Positions 1 to 9,282 of a DNA stretch of 15,066 nt are shown in pieces (within the stretch, counting starts at the first letter, position 1; every line of letters begins with the position of its first letter). The stretch lies in contig NW_021825567.1 in the NCBI RefSeq assembly GCF_006345805.1, forward strand, positions 1 to 15,066, read 5' to 3'. A program made the position numbers and the translations under genes. Below the pieces are notes generated by a model. The model was not told the DNA's origin. It did not search any database and saw nothing but the letters and a program-made list of their open reading frames with translations. Source of the DNA: Octopus sinensis (taxonomy: Eukaryota).

Positions 1-161
1 ATACGACAGGCTTTCTTTGAGTTTCCGTCTACCAAATCCACTCACAAGGCATTGGTCGCCCGGGCTATAGCAGAAGACACTTGCTCAAGATGCACGCAGT
101 GGGACTGACCTGGAACCATGTGGTTAGTTAGCAAGCTACTTACCACATAGCCACTCCTGCG
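1..161 (-). mobile_element. SINE family C, 5' head (runs off the window edge)
   Basis: Homologous to 6851-6968 and 9719-9868. The minus strand has an A-box-like GTGGCTATGTGGT and a decayed B box (GGTTCAGTCCC in the other copies). Confidence 0.8.
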
Positions 162-322
162 AACAATAATTATTTTTGGTTGGCTGTTTTCGATTCCTTT
201 CCATTAGGGTTGGCATCATTGTGCCACCACCACTACGTCTACTCTGTACCGGAGTCAGATGCTTACTCTATTTGCAATTCGGACCAGTTTTTAAAAATGA
301 GTTCATTCTGGTATCTGTAACG

Positions 323-504
323 GGTCTTTTCGGTTTGAACGGCAGTTTTTAACATAATTTCTAGGTAACTAAACACTTTTAAACTTCGTATACTGGTAGA
401 ATGTGTTCATAAAACATATTTTTCTCTTGGCCTTATTGAGAAAATTCTATAGTTTGTAAGATATTTGTTGTTTTTTTTTCTTCAATTTCTGCAATTTCAA
501 CCAA
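323..504. repeat. Probable fragment of an interspersed repeat (MITE-like arm)
   Basis: Begins GGGTCTTTTCGGTTTGAACGGCAG. It resembles a repeat I recall from octopus DNA; there is no second copy or matching arm in the window, so it is unverified. Confidence 0.3.
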
Positions 505-1149
505 GGAATCGTAGAGCTTTGTTATAACCCATTTTATGTATATTTTTATTTTATTCTCTTTTATGTTTCATACGTTCATCGATATAAATGTCTCGTTTAT
601 TCTGAAATATTGTCTTGTTCATATATAGGTTGTGTATAACCGGTTTTGAAGTTCTATTTGTTACTACAGTATAGTTTTTCTCCGTCCCTATTTTAATACT
701 TTTGTCTTGTAAATCACTATATTATAAGGAATTTCCGAATAACGGTCATAACTTCAACCTGTTACTTTGCATCTGTTTTCGCTCTTCAGCTTAAATCTAT
801 CCACAATTATGGCAAAAACTTCTTAGCACTCTTCTCAAATACTTCTCAACCATCCATAGATTTAAGCTATTCAAAAAAGAACGATAGTGCAGCAAGCAAA
901 ACGTTTAAAGTTAGTTACACAAAACATATACACTTATTCCACAATATCTACAGGAAAACGCAACGTCCTTATCGATGTAAATCACCAATTTATAAGATAA
1001 TAATAGGCATTAACACCCTTTACATAGATATTTCTTGAATATGACCACTGGAAAATAACATAATTGTGTTTGTTCAACAAAAAAAAAAAAAGATGATATC
1101 ACGTTACAGGTGCCAGAAGAAATTCATAAAAAGTAAACAGAAAGTGTAT

Positions 1150-1203
1150 GAGAGAGAGAGAGAGAGAGGGAATGGGAGAGTAAGAGAGAGAGAGAGAGGG
1201 AGA
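1150..1203. repeat. (AG)n microsatellite, interrupted
   Basis: Read directly from the sequence. Confidence 0.9.
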
Positions 1204-1661
1204 CAAAGAGTGAGGATCTTAGAACTATTTACAATAATTATTATGTGTATCAGGCACTGATTTTACTCTGCAATATCAGGACATTTTTGTTTTGCACGTA
1301 TCAAATTATATACTAAAACATTGAAACAGCGCTCCCGTCGTGTGTGTGTGATTAATTAGAAATCAAGTTCACATACGTCCATTTTGTTAAATATAGCCTT
1401 AAAATAAAGACTCGTTGACATTTGATGAGATGGCAGAACTAATTAAAACAGCTCTGGGGATTCGCCCTGCTGACAAAGGCTTCTGATTTAACTAAGGGAC
1501 GTACATACGCACTACATGCACGGAAATTAAATATATGTTTATCAAACCTACGTATGTGAGATTATTAGTCTTAATTTATCCAGAAAACACGTATACACAC
1601 ACATACCTACATACCAACATACTTACACACGCACATATAAGTATGTATGTCTATAGACAAT

Positions 1662-1820
1662 CACACACACACACACCACACACACATATATATATATATA
1701 CATACATATATATATATATATATATAATTATATATATATTAATATATATATATTATATATATATATATATAATATCTATATATATATATATATAATATAT
1801 ATATTATTTATATATATACA
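1662..1820. repeat. (CA)n/(TA)n compound microsatellite
   Basis: Read directly from the sequence. Confidence 0.95.
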
Positions 1821-1823
1821 TGT

Positions 1824-2116
1824 GGAGGCGCAATGGCCCAGGGCAGCGGATTCGCGGTCGTAGGATCGCGGTTTCGATTCCCAGATCGGGCGTTGTGAGT
1901 GTTTATTGAGTGAAAACACCCAAAAGCTCCACGAGGCTCCGGCAGGGGGCGGTGGCGATCCCTGCCGTACTCTTTCGCCACAACTTTCTCTCACTCTTTC
2001 TTCTGTTGGCCTGCTCGCTTAGCAGCGGGTGGCGTCATTGAAGGCTAAAAACAATGCGAAGCGCATTGTGACCAGCGATGTGTAGCAACATCTGATAGCC
2101 TGGTCGGTCACGTGAT
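1824..2116 (+). mobile_element. tRNA-derived SINE family B, copy with an (ACAT)n tail
   Basis: Head GGAGGCGCAATGGCCCAG and B box GGTTTCGATTCCC. The first ~180 bp are highly similar to the minus-strand copy at 10624-11018. A 7-nt deletion (TGGTTAG) affects the A box. Confidence 0.85.
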
Positions 2117-2117
2117 T

Positions 2118-2728
2118 ATACATACATACATGCCTACATACATACATAATACATACATACATACATACATACATACATACATACATTCATACATACATAC
2201 ATACATACATACATACTACATACATACATACATACATACATTACATACATACATTCATACTACATACATACATACATTCATACATACATACATACATACA
2301 TACATACATACATACATACATACTTCATACATACATACATACATACATTCATACATACATACATTCCATACATACATACATACATACATACATACATACA
2401 TACATACATACATACATACAACATACATACATAACATACATACATTCATACATACATACATACATACATACATACAACATACATACATACATACATACAT
2501 ACATACATACATACATACATACATACATACATACATACATACATACATACAATACATACATAATACATACATACATACATACATACATACATACATTCAT
2601 ACATACATACATACTACATTCATCACCTACATATAATATACATACATACATACATACATACTTACATACATATATATAATACATACATACATACATACAT
2701 ACATACATACATTCATACATACATACAT
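2118..2728. repeat. (ACAT)n microsatellite, ~610 bp
   Basis: Read directly from the sequence; it starts immediately after the SINE at 1824-2116. Confidence 0.97.
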
Positions 2729-2953
2729 GTATTCTCACACATAAACAGATACACCTAAGTTCATATATGCATATTTTCATGCCTGCGAGTTTTTTCATGT
2801 ATATATGTATCAGTCTTTTATTTTTAGACTTTAGGGAGGTGTATGCAAACCACCATACATGGATATGTTAATGATTGTGAGTGTATATGCACATTAATCT
2901 TTATGTGTACACGGAAGAAAATATGTGACAGTGATACGTAAATACTTCTATTT

Positions 2954-3172
2954 GTATATATATATATATATATATACATATATATATACAAATACATACA
3001 TATATATATGTATATATATATGTATATATATATATACAAATACATACATATATATACATATATATATACATATATATATACATATATACATACATACATA
3101 TATACATATATATATATACATATATATATATACATATATATATATGTATATATATATATATAGAGAGAGATG

Positions 3173-3241
<69 letters not shown>

Positions 3242-3256
3242 TAGATATAGATATAT
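2954..3256. repeat. (TA/TACA)n followed by (AG)n and (AGAT)n
   Basis: Read directly from the sequence. Confidence 0.95.
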
Positions 3257-3524
3257 AAACATACGTATATAATAAACACACGCATATGAATCATACTGAT
3301 TTTCTGGTATGTATCGAAGTGCATATAAACTGGTATATGTTTTCTCATTTCCTTTCGTTTTCATAATCTATAATCCAGCTCTTGAGATTTTTTTTTGTTT
3401 GGTGGTGGTGGCGGGGGCATATCTTCGCTTTAGTGACACGAGGGCAAAAGTAAACAATGGAGAAAGAGGGGTGAAAAAAAAATCGATAAATATGAAGCAG
3501 GAACCAATCATCTGGCAGTTATTA

Positions 3525-3794
3525 TTAATAAAAGGTTGAATAGGCGCGTTCACGAAAGCCAGTACTGTTGTTTGAGTTGCTCTCGGCGAACAATGGACGC
3601 CTGATCGGTGTTCCTGTAATAGTTGTCTCCACCACGATCGAATTCCGCTTCTTATCGTCGCAACTGAGCAGGTTTTTCAGAGTCTGACGGAATTCACCGC
3701 TGAAGAAAGAGTAGAGGAAGAAATTGCTGGCGGCGTTCATCTGCACAAGAAGATTTGCGATATTTCCAAAAATTTTCAGCATTGAATCTCTAAC
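3525..3794 (-). CDS. Same GPCR, last coding exon (TM7, helix 8, C-tail; 89 aa plus stop)
   Basis: Acceptor ...ttttattattccattcAG|GTT at 3795/3794 is phase 0, matching the donor at 12500. It encodes VRDSMLKIFGNIANLLVQMNAASNFFLYSFFSGEFRQTL (TM7 NFxxY variant of NPxxY, helix-8 FR) and a Ser/Thr-rich tail. Stop TAA at 3527-3525. Confidence 0.92.
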   Translation of the reverse strand, partial: VRDSMLKIFGNIANLLVQMNAASNFFLYSFFSGEFRQTLKNLLSCDDKKRNSIVVETTITGTPIRRPLFAESNSNNSTGFRERAYSTFY

Positions 3795-3937
3795 CTGAAT
3801 GGAATAATAAAAATAAAAGTTTGGAAAGGAAAGCGGAAAAGGAGAAAAAAAAGTGTGGGGGGTGAGAAATGAAAAACAACAACAAATCAACAAAAATATA
3901 AATACATGAAGGATGAACATGTAAACTTTCTTTTACC

Positions 3938-4011
<74 letters not shown>

Positions 4012-4027
4012 ATTGTCTATCTATCTG

Positions 4028-4107
<80 letters not shown>

Positions 4108-4144
4108 CTTTCTATCTATCTATCTATCCCTGTCTATCTGTCTG

Positions 4145-4193
<49 letters not shown>

Positions 4194-4219
4194 GTTATAT
4201 ATATATATAACATATATAT
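3938..4219. repeat. (TCTA)n microsatellite with a (TA)n end
   Basis: Read directly from the sequence. Confidence 0.95.
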
Positions 4220-4227
4220 GTCTCTCT

Positions 4228-4309
4228 ATTCTTGACGAAGGAGTTATTAGCGTGATGCACCCTAGTGCTTTAAACACAATAATATACCCCTGAAATGGCC
4301 ATAGGGAAT
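4228..4309 (+). ncRNA. Degenerate type I hammerhead motif
   Basis: TTGACGA (C3 replaced by T) at 4232-4238; helix II AGGAGTTATTA...TAATATACCCCT with an inner GCAC/GTGC hairpin; GAAA at 4292-4295; palindrome ATGGCCAT; site AUA at 4303; imperfect helix I ATTC/GGGAAT. Confidence 0.5.
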
Positions 4310-4437
4310 TTAGTAAATATGGTTTTGTTTTTGTAAAGGCCTCTCTTATTTAAAAAGTAATTTTATAAGATTTTCTAAACGATGAACTTTTATTTAATTT
4401 ATTCTACATTATATATTATATATTTTTCATATGCTTC

Positions 4438-4440
<3 letters not shown>

Positions 4441-4489
<49 letters not shown>
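4441..4489. repeat. (TA)n microsatellite
   Basis: Read directly from the sequence. Confidence 0.95.
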
Positions 4490-4492
<3 letters not shown>

Positions 4493-4595
4493 TTTGGAAA
4501 ACTGTTTACAACCTATATCTGCCTCTAATGGAATTATCTCCAATATTTCATGAGTATAACCTCACCCACTAAGATGTCTAGAGAACTCATATGTA

Positions 4596-4686
4596 TTTTA
4601 GCTGATGAGTACGGGACACTTTTATCTGCTGCAATTTTTGCAACTTGTAATAAAGCCTGTCTTTGTATGAAACAATTGTACTAAAA
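4596..4686 (+). ncRNA. Type I hammerhead ribozyme motif (PLE/retrozyme-type, palindromic helix III, long helix II)
   Basis: Helix I TTTTAG (4596-4601) pairs with CTAAAA (4681-4686). Core CTGATGA at 4602-4608; helix II GTACGGGACA...TGTCTTTGTAT (4609-4668); GAAA at 4669-4672; palindromic ACAATTGT; predicted cleavage after GUA at 4680. Confidence 0.75.
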
Positions 4687-4879
4687 ACTAATCCATTCTT
4701 GTTGCTTCTTTCTCGTATATATATATATATATTTTTTTTTTTTATATATTTATATATTTTTTATATACCTATATATTTATATATTACTTTATACTATATT
4801 TTTACGTATTTTCCTTCTAGGTGTTGTAATGGTTTAAAAAAAAAAAATTTTTCTTAATCGCTAAAGTATTAACTTTTAA

Positions 4880-5040
4880 CCGTGATGAACGGTATTCACA
4901 CATTTTTTCTCGCGCTTTATAATATGCTTGTACAGATGAATTATATTCCATCTTCCGTGATGTCTAAATGTATATTCTACGATTAGATGTTCGAATTATG
5001 AAATGCTATGCGGATGACCTTGCATTTGTTTGTTCTATAA
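4880..5040 (+). pseudogene. Possible decayed reverse-transcriptase fragment
   Basis: The frame reads FSRAL*YACTDEL...IMKCYADDLAFVCS (YADD at 5007-5018), with spacing like RT motifs B and C; it contains stops. Confidence 0.35.
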
Positions 5041-5133
5041 CCTTAGTTTTCTATATTTGTCTCATTCAATTGAGCACTTCTATAGCAGTCTATTAAACAT
5101 TTTGTTCCTGATAAGAAACAATCACTGTATTAT

Positions 5134-5135
<2 letters not shown>

Positions 5136-5217
<82 letters not shown>

Positions 5218-5264
5218 ATACATATATACATATATACATACATACATTTATATAAATATATATA
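5136..5264. repeat. (TA)n microsatellite, interrupted
   Basis: Read directly from the sequence. Confidence 0.93.
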
Positions 5265-5445
5265 CACTCTTATCTACAAATGGGAGGAACAGAGACCTCG
5301 CTTTATAGTGAAGAATATCTATGCTGTTGTATTTACTGAGGCAAGAAGCTGCATCAGTACTCCAAGGCCTATAGTGTTAGAGTTCTTAAAAAAGTGAATA
5401 CAATTTGAAAATGTCACTTATGAAATCTCATATCTGGTTCACGAG

Positions 5446-5465
5446 TATAATAGTAATACTAATAC

Positions 5466-5510
<45 letters not shown>

Positions 5511-5529
5511 TAATAATAATAATAATAAT
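5446..5529. repeat. (AAT)n microsatellite
   Basis: Read directly from the sequence. Confidence 0.95.
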
Positions 5530-5682
5530 GCTAAAATTAGCTGATTAGGTTCTGTAGGAACTAACGTCACGGCTATTTTTAACCACAGAAAGACGCCTTC
5601 TCCCGCTAGTTATTCGATGCAATCTGCACCCGATACATATGGCAAGAAGGGGAGTGAACTCCAACCACCTTCTAGCCATAAG

Positions 5683-5732
5683 ACCATCAGACCGAACGGT
5701 TTCGACCTCTTTGTGGTCATCCTTGGGATGGT
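5683..5732 (-). ncRNA. Degenerate minimal type I hammerhead motif
   Basis: Minus strand reads ACCATC-CCAAGGA-T-GACC-acaaaga-GGTC-GAAA-CCG-tt-CGG-TC-TGATGGT. Three helices, GAAA and a GUC site are present, but the CUGANGA box has two mismatches. Confidence 0.5.
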
Positions 5733-6360
5733 GGATATTCGTCCGTTACAGATAGAAGTACTTCACTCCAGCTCCTAATATATAGAAAACCAGATGGCAC
5801 ACAGTCACTAGTCTTGTAGAAAGCAATTTAGCTCTTATCTTTTATTGAGATTGCAGTCGGCAGGTGGATGTCTCCGGGATCGTTCGGCAGGATGTCCGAG
5901 ACGTCAGCCTAAGACGCCGTCAGCCCGGCGGGTGGCCGCCGCCTTCATGCCACCTTGCTTTCTCCGTTCGTCTACTTGGCGGCGAGCTGGCAGAAACGTT
6001 AGCACGCCGGGCGAAATGCGTAGCCGTATTTCGTCTGCCGTTAAGTTCTGGGTTCAAATTCCGCTGAGGTCGACTTTGCCTTTCATCCTTTCGGGGTCGA
6101 TAAATTAAGTACCAGTTACACACTGGGGTTGATGTCATCGATTTAATCTGTTTGTCTGTCCTTGTTTGTCCTCTCTGTGTTTAGCCCCTTGTGGGTAGTA
6201 AAGAAATATATCTTTTATTGAGATTTTCTAACTAGCTAATTTGCTTTTTGCAAGATCAGTGACTATGTGTCACTTGGTTTTCTATATATTGCGTGTTGGA
6301 GAGAGCTACTGCTTTCTCTAGCGGATAAGAATCCGCCACCGAAGGTGATCATAAAATAGG
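5710..6360. repeat. Imperfect inverted repeat (arms ~5710-5833 and ~6234-6360) with a SINE inserted in the loop
   Basis: AATATATAGAAAACCAGATGGCACACAGTCACTAGTCTTGTAGAAAGCAATTTAGCT matches the reverse complement of 6234-6290, and similarity continues outward. Confidence 0.85.
5853..6208 (+). mobile_element. SINE family A monomer (5978-6208) with a 125-bp GC-rich 5' extension, inside a 17-bp TSD
   Basis: Exact TSD TATCTTTTATTGAGATT at 5836-5852 and 6209-6225. The SINE part matches the copies at 7359 and 8699 (B-box-like GGGTTCAAATTCC). Confidence 0.9.
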
Positions 6361-6441
6361 TACCAGCTGAACACGGAGGTCGATGAAATAGACTTACCCC
6401 AAACCTAAAATTAATGGCCTTGTGCCATAATATGAAACCAA
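6351..6441 (+). mobile_element. SINE family A 3' fragment (decayed)
   Basis: ATAAAATAGGTACCAG...GGTCGAT...GGCCTTGTGCC...GAAACC matches the body end and tail of the copy at 7870-8080. Confidence 0.6.
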
Positions 6442-6640
6442 TATCTATATCTACTTAAATGTACATGTTATGTTAGAACAAACTATACTGCGCTTGATTA
6501 CATGAGAGGAACTCTCATATTATCTTCGGGTGCAAATGCATTCTTGTTTGTATTGCTAGCGGGGAGATAAATCTATGTTACCTCCAGCTCCGAAACCACC
6601 AGGTCACGTGATTTTGACCTTCCTTGGTCTTGTCAATGAC

Positions 6641-6782
6641 GAACGGAGTTACGGAGACGCAAACACACCAACATCGGTTGTCAAGCAATGTTGGGGAGTG
6701 GGCAAACGCAGACACACAAACACGCGCACACACACACAAACATACATAGATACATACATACATACATATATGCATATACACA

Positions 6783-6852
<70 letters not shown>

Positions 6853-6968
6853 CGACGGGATTCTTTCAGTTTCCGTTTGCCAAATCCACTCAAAAGGCTT
6901 TGGTCGGCTCGAGGCTGTTGTAGAAGACACTTACGTAAGGTGTCACGCAGTGGGACTGAACCCAGAAC
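6641..6968 (-). mobile_element. SINE family C internal fragment with an expanded internal CA/TA microsatellite
   Basis: 6641-6715 matches 9615-9690 (CGGTTGTCAAG block), and 6851-6968 matches 1-117 and 9719-9830. The microsatellite sits at the same internal position as in the 9481-10107 copy. Confidence 0.8.
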
Positions 6969-7143
6969 TAGAGATAGCTGTGATTCAGCTAGAGACAGCA
7001 GTGATTCATCCTCCGCCAGCGATACATAGAAAAACAGTGCCAGAACAGGAGCTGGTGTCGCGTTTAGCCAGTGAGCTTGTTAAAATATATATATTAACGA
7101 CAGAGGCAATATTAATACCGAAAGGTAATATTTATGTCCACTA

Positions 7144-7348
7144 AAGCGGCGAACTGGCAGAAACGTTAGCACGCCGGGCATATTTCGTCTGTCTTTACGT
7201 CCTGAGTTCAAATTCCGCCGAGGGCGACTTTGTGTTTCATCCTTTCAGGGTCGATGAATTAAGTACCAGTTGCATACTGGGGATCGATCTAATCGACTGG
7301 CCTCCTCCCCCAAAACTTCGAGCCTTTTGCCTAGAGTAGACAAGAATA
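7144..7348 (+). mobile_element. SINE family A monomer with the alternative 3' tail
   Basis: Head GCGGCGAACTGGCAGAAACGTTAGCACGCC with a short deletion, the shared body, and tail ...CCTCCCCCAAAACTTCGAGCCTTTTGCCTAGAGTAGACAAGAATA. Confidence 0.85.
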
Positions 7349-7357
7349 CTTTGTATA

Positions 7358-7798
7358 AGGCGGCGAGGTGGCAGAAACATTAGCACGCCAGGCGAAATGT
7401 TTAGCGGTATTTCGTCTGCCGTTAAGTTCTGAGTTCAAATTCCGCTGAGGTCGACTTTGCCTTTCATTCTTTCGGGGTCGATAAACTAAGTACCAGTTAC
7501 GCACTGGGGTCGATATAATCGACTTAATCCGTTTGTCTGTTCTTGTTTGTCCCCTCTGTGTGTAGTTCCTTGTGGACAGTAAAGAAATAGGCATTTTGTT
7601 TGCCGCTACGTTCTAAATTCAAATTCCGCCGAGCTCGACTTTGCATTTCATCCTTTCGGAGTCGATTAAATAAGTACCAGTTACGCACTGGGATCGATAT
7701 AATCGACCTAATCCGTCTGTCCTTGTTTGTCCCTTCTGTGTATAGCCCCTTGTGGGTAGTAAAGAAATAGGTATTTCGTCTGTCTTTATATTCTGAGT
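7358..7798 (+). mobile_element. SINE family A concatemer: head, two ~180-184-bp units and the start of a third
   Basis: Units start at 7407, 7591 and 7771; junctions read AAAGAAATAG|G(T/C)ATTT. Confidence 0.88.
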
Positions 7799-7869
7799 AT
7801 ATTATTTCAAATATTAACAACAGAAACAACGATAGTAAAATTGAATGCAGCGATTTGGAGACAAACATT

Positions 7870-8080
7870 CGGTTTCAAATTTTGGCAGAAGGCCAACAAC
7901 TTCGAGGGAGCGGGAATGTCGATTACACCGACCCCGGTGTTTAACTGGTACTTTTTTTTATTGAATCAGAAAAGATGAAAGGAAAAGTCGACATTGGTGA
8001 AATTTGATCTCAGAACGTAAAAAAACGGACTAAATGCTGCTAAGCATTTTGTCCGGCGTGCTAACGACTCTGCCACCTTG
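7870..8080 (-). mobile_element. SINE family A-related monomer, older and inverted
   Basis: The reverse complement shows GGTGGCAGAGTCGTTAGCACGCCGGACAAAATGC...GTCGACTTTTCCTTTCATC...AGTACCAG...GGGGTCG...GCCAAAATTTGAAACC. Confidence 0.8.
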
Positions 8081-8224
8081 GTTCCGTATTGTAGAGACTA
8101 ATATTAAAGGTTAGTTAGCCTTATTCTTTAATCTTTAAACAAGCTTAAGTCTTCTTTTATAATCGTATTCACCTTTAGGATACATTACAAGAATATTAAA
8201 TCGTCACCACTATTTCACTAGCAT

Positions 8225-8345
8225 TTTACTTTTATCGATAATTTGTACGATGAAATGCAAAGATTTCCTTGGCAAGATTTGAACTTAAAAAATGAAGAGC
8301 AGTAATTAGATATCACTTGGTATACTGCCTGAAGCTATAACGATT
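8225..8345 (-). mobile_element. Highly decayed family A-like fragment
   Basis: TTTTATCGA...GATGAAATGCAAAG...CCTTGGCAAGATTTGAACT resembles the reverse complement of the family A body. Confidence 0.4.
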
Positions 8346-8698
8346 GCAAGTTGACTATTGTAAACATTGAAAGTACTGCTCACGTAGAACCGACAGCAGC
8401 TTCCTTAGGTTGCCGCGTTGAGCTGAAATTCTGCCATGTTGTTACTGTTATTGTTACTTTAGCCTCAGATCACATCTCATCGAACTGACATGTAATCAAA
8501 GGTATTCAAGTCACGACTATACTATCCTTCTCATGTTTATCTCAAACTGGTTTGTCCATTTTTGTTTAGTTTTTTTTTCTAGGAAGAAAAAAATGGTTGC
8601 GTGTGACTTGAGAGAGATTTAGCTGCTATTTCTTGCAAAACAAACGACTGCATAGAGGCGCCATTCATTGATTGTTATTTAGGTACGTGTTTCAGGTA

Positions 8699-9282
8699 AG
8701 GCGGCGAGCTGGCAAAATCGTTAGCACGCCGGACGAAATGCTTAGCAGTATTTCTTTTGCCGTTACGTTCTGAGTTCAAGTTCCGCCGAGGTCAACTTTG
8801 CCTTTCACCCTTCGGAGTCGATAAATTAAGTACCAGTTACGCACTGGGGTCGATATAATCGACTCAATCCGTTTGCCTGTCCTTGTTTGTCCCCTCTGTG
8901 TTTAGCCCCTTGTGGGTAGTAAAGAAATAGGTATTTCGTCTGCCGTTACGTTCTGAGTTTAAGTTTCGCCGAGGTCGACTTTGCCTTTCATCCTTTCAGG
9001 GTCAATAAATTAAGTACCAGGAAGACACTGGTGTCGATGTAATCGACTCAATCCGTTTTTCTGTCCTTGTTTGTCCCCTCTGTGTTTAGCCCCTTGTGGG
9101 TAGTAAAAAAATAAGTATTTCGTCTGCCGTTACGTTCTGAGTTCAAGTTCCGCCCAGGTCGACTTTGCCTTTCATCCTTTCGGGGTCAATAAATTAAGTA
9201 CCAGTTACGCACTGGGGTCGATGTAAACGACTAGTTCTCTCCCACGAAATTTCAGGCCTTGTGTCGATGATAGAAAGGGTTA
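8699..9282 (+). mobile_element. SINE family A trimer: head, two full units and a terminal unit with the alternative tail
   Basis: Units start at 8748, 8931 and 9115 (period 183-184). Flanked by TTCAGGTA at 8691-8698 and 9283-9290, a candidate TSD. Confidence 0.9.

Noticed and set aside
2817-2822. AATAAA on the minus strand as the GPCR poly(A) signal
   Set aside because: The hexamer is common in AT-rich DNA and cannot be assigned without transcript data.
2112-3364. Long ORFs (HTYI, MYVC and IYLS repeats)
   Set aside because: Translations of (ACAT)n, (TA)n and (AGAT)n microsatellites; the same applies to the ORFs at 1535-1795, 3906-4235, 6575-7144, 11701-12383 and 13588-14097.
3795-3920. N-terminal part of the 131-aa ORF
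   Set aside because: It is the translated intronic polypyrimidine region upstream of the acceptor.
5845-6138. Three overlapping short ORFs in the GC-rich island
   Set aside because: They run through SINE sequence and are expected by chance at high GC; the ORFs at 7331-7868 and 10684-10936 are likewise SINE-derived.
6968-7009. 21-bp direct repeat CTAGAGAYAGCWGTGATTCA (two copies)
   Set aside because: A simple local duplication with nothing between the copies; no further support.
8440-8670. Possible additional old interspersed repeat
   Set aside because: It looks familiar, but there is no second copy, terminus or TSD in the window to support a call.
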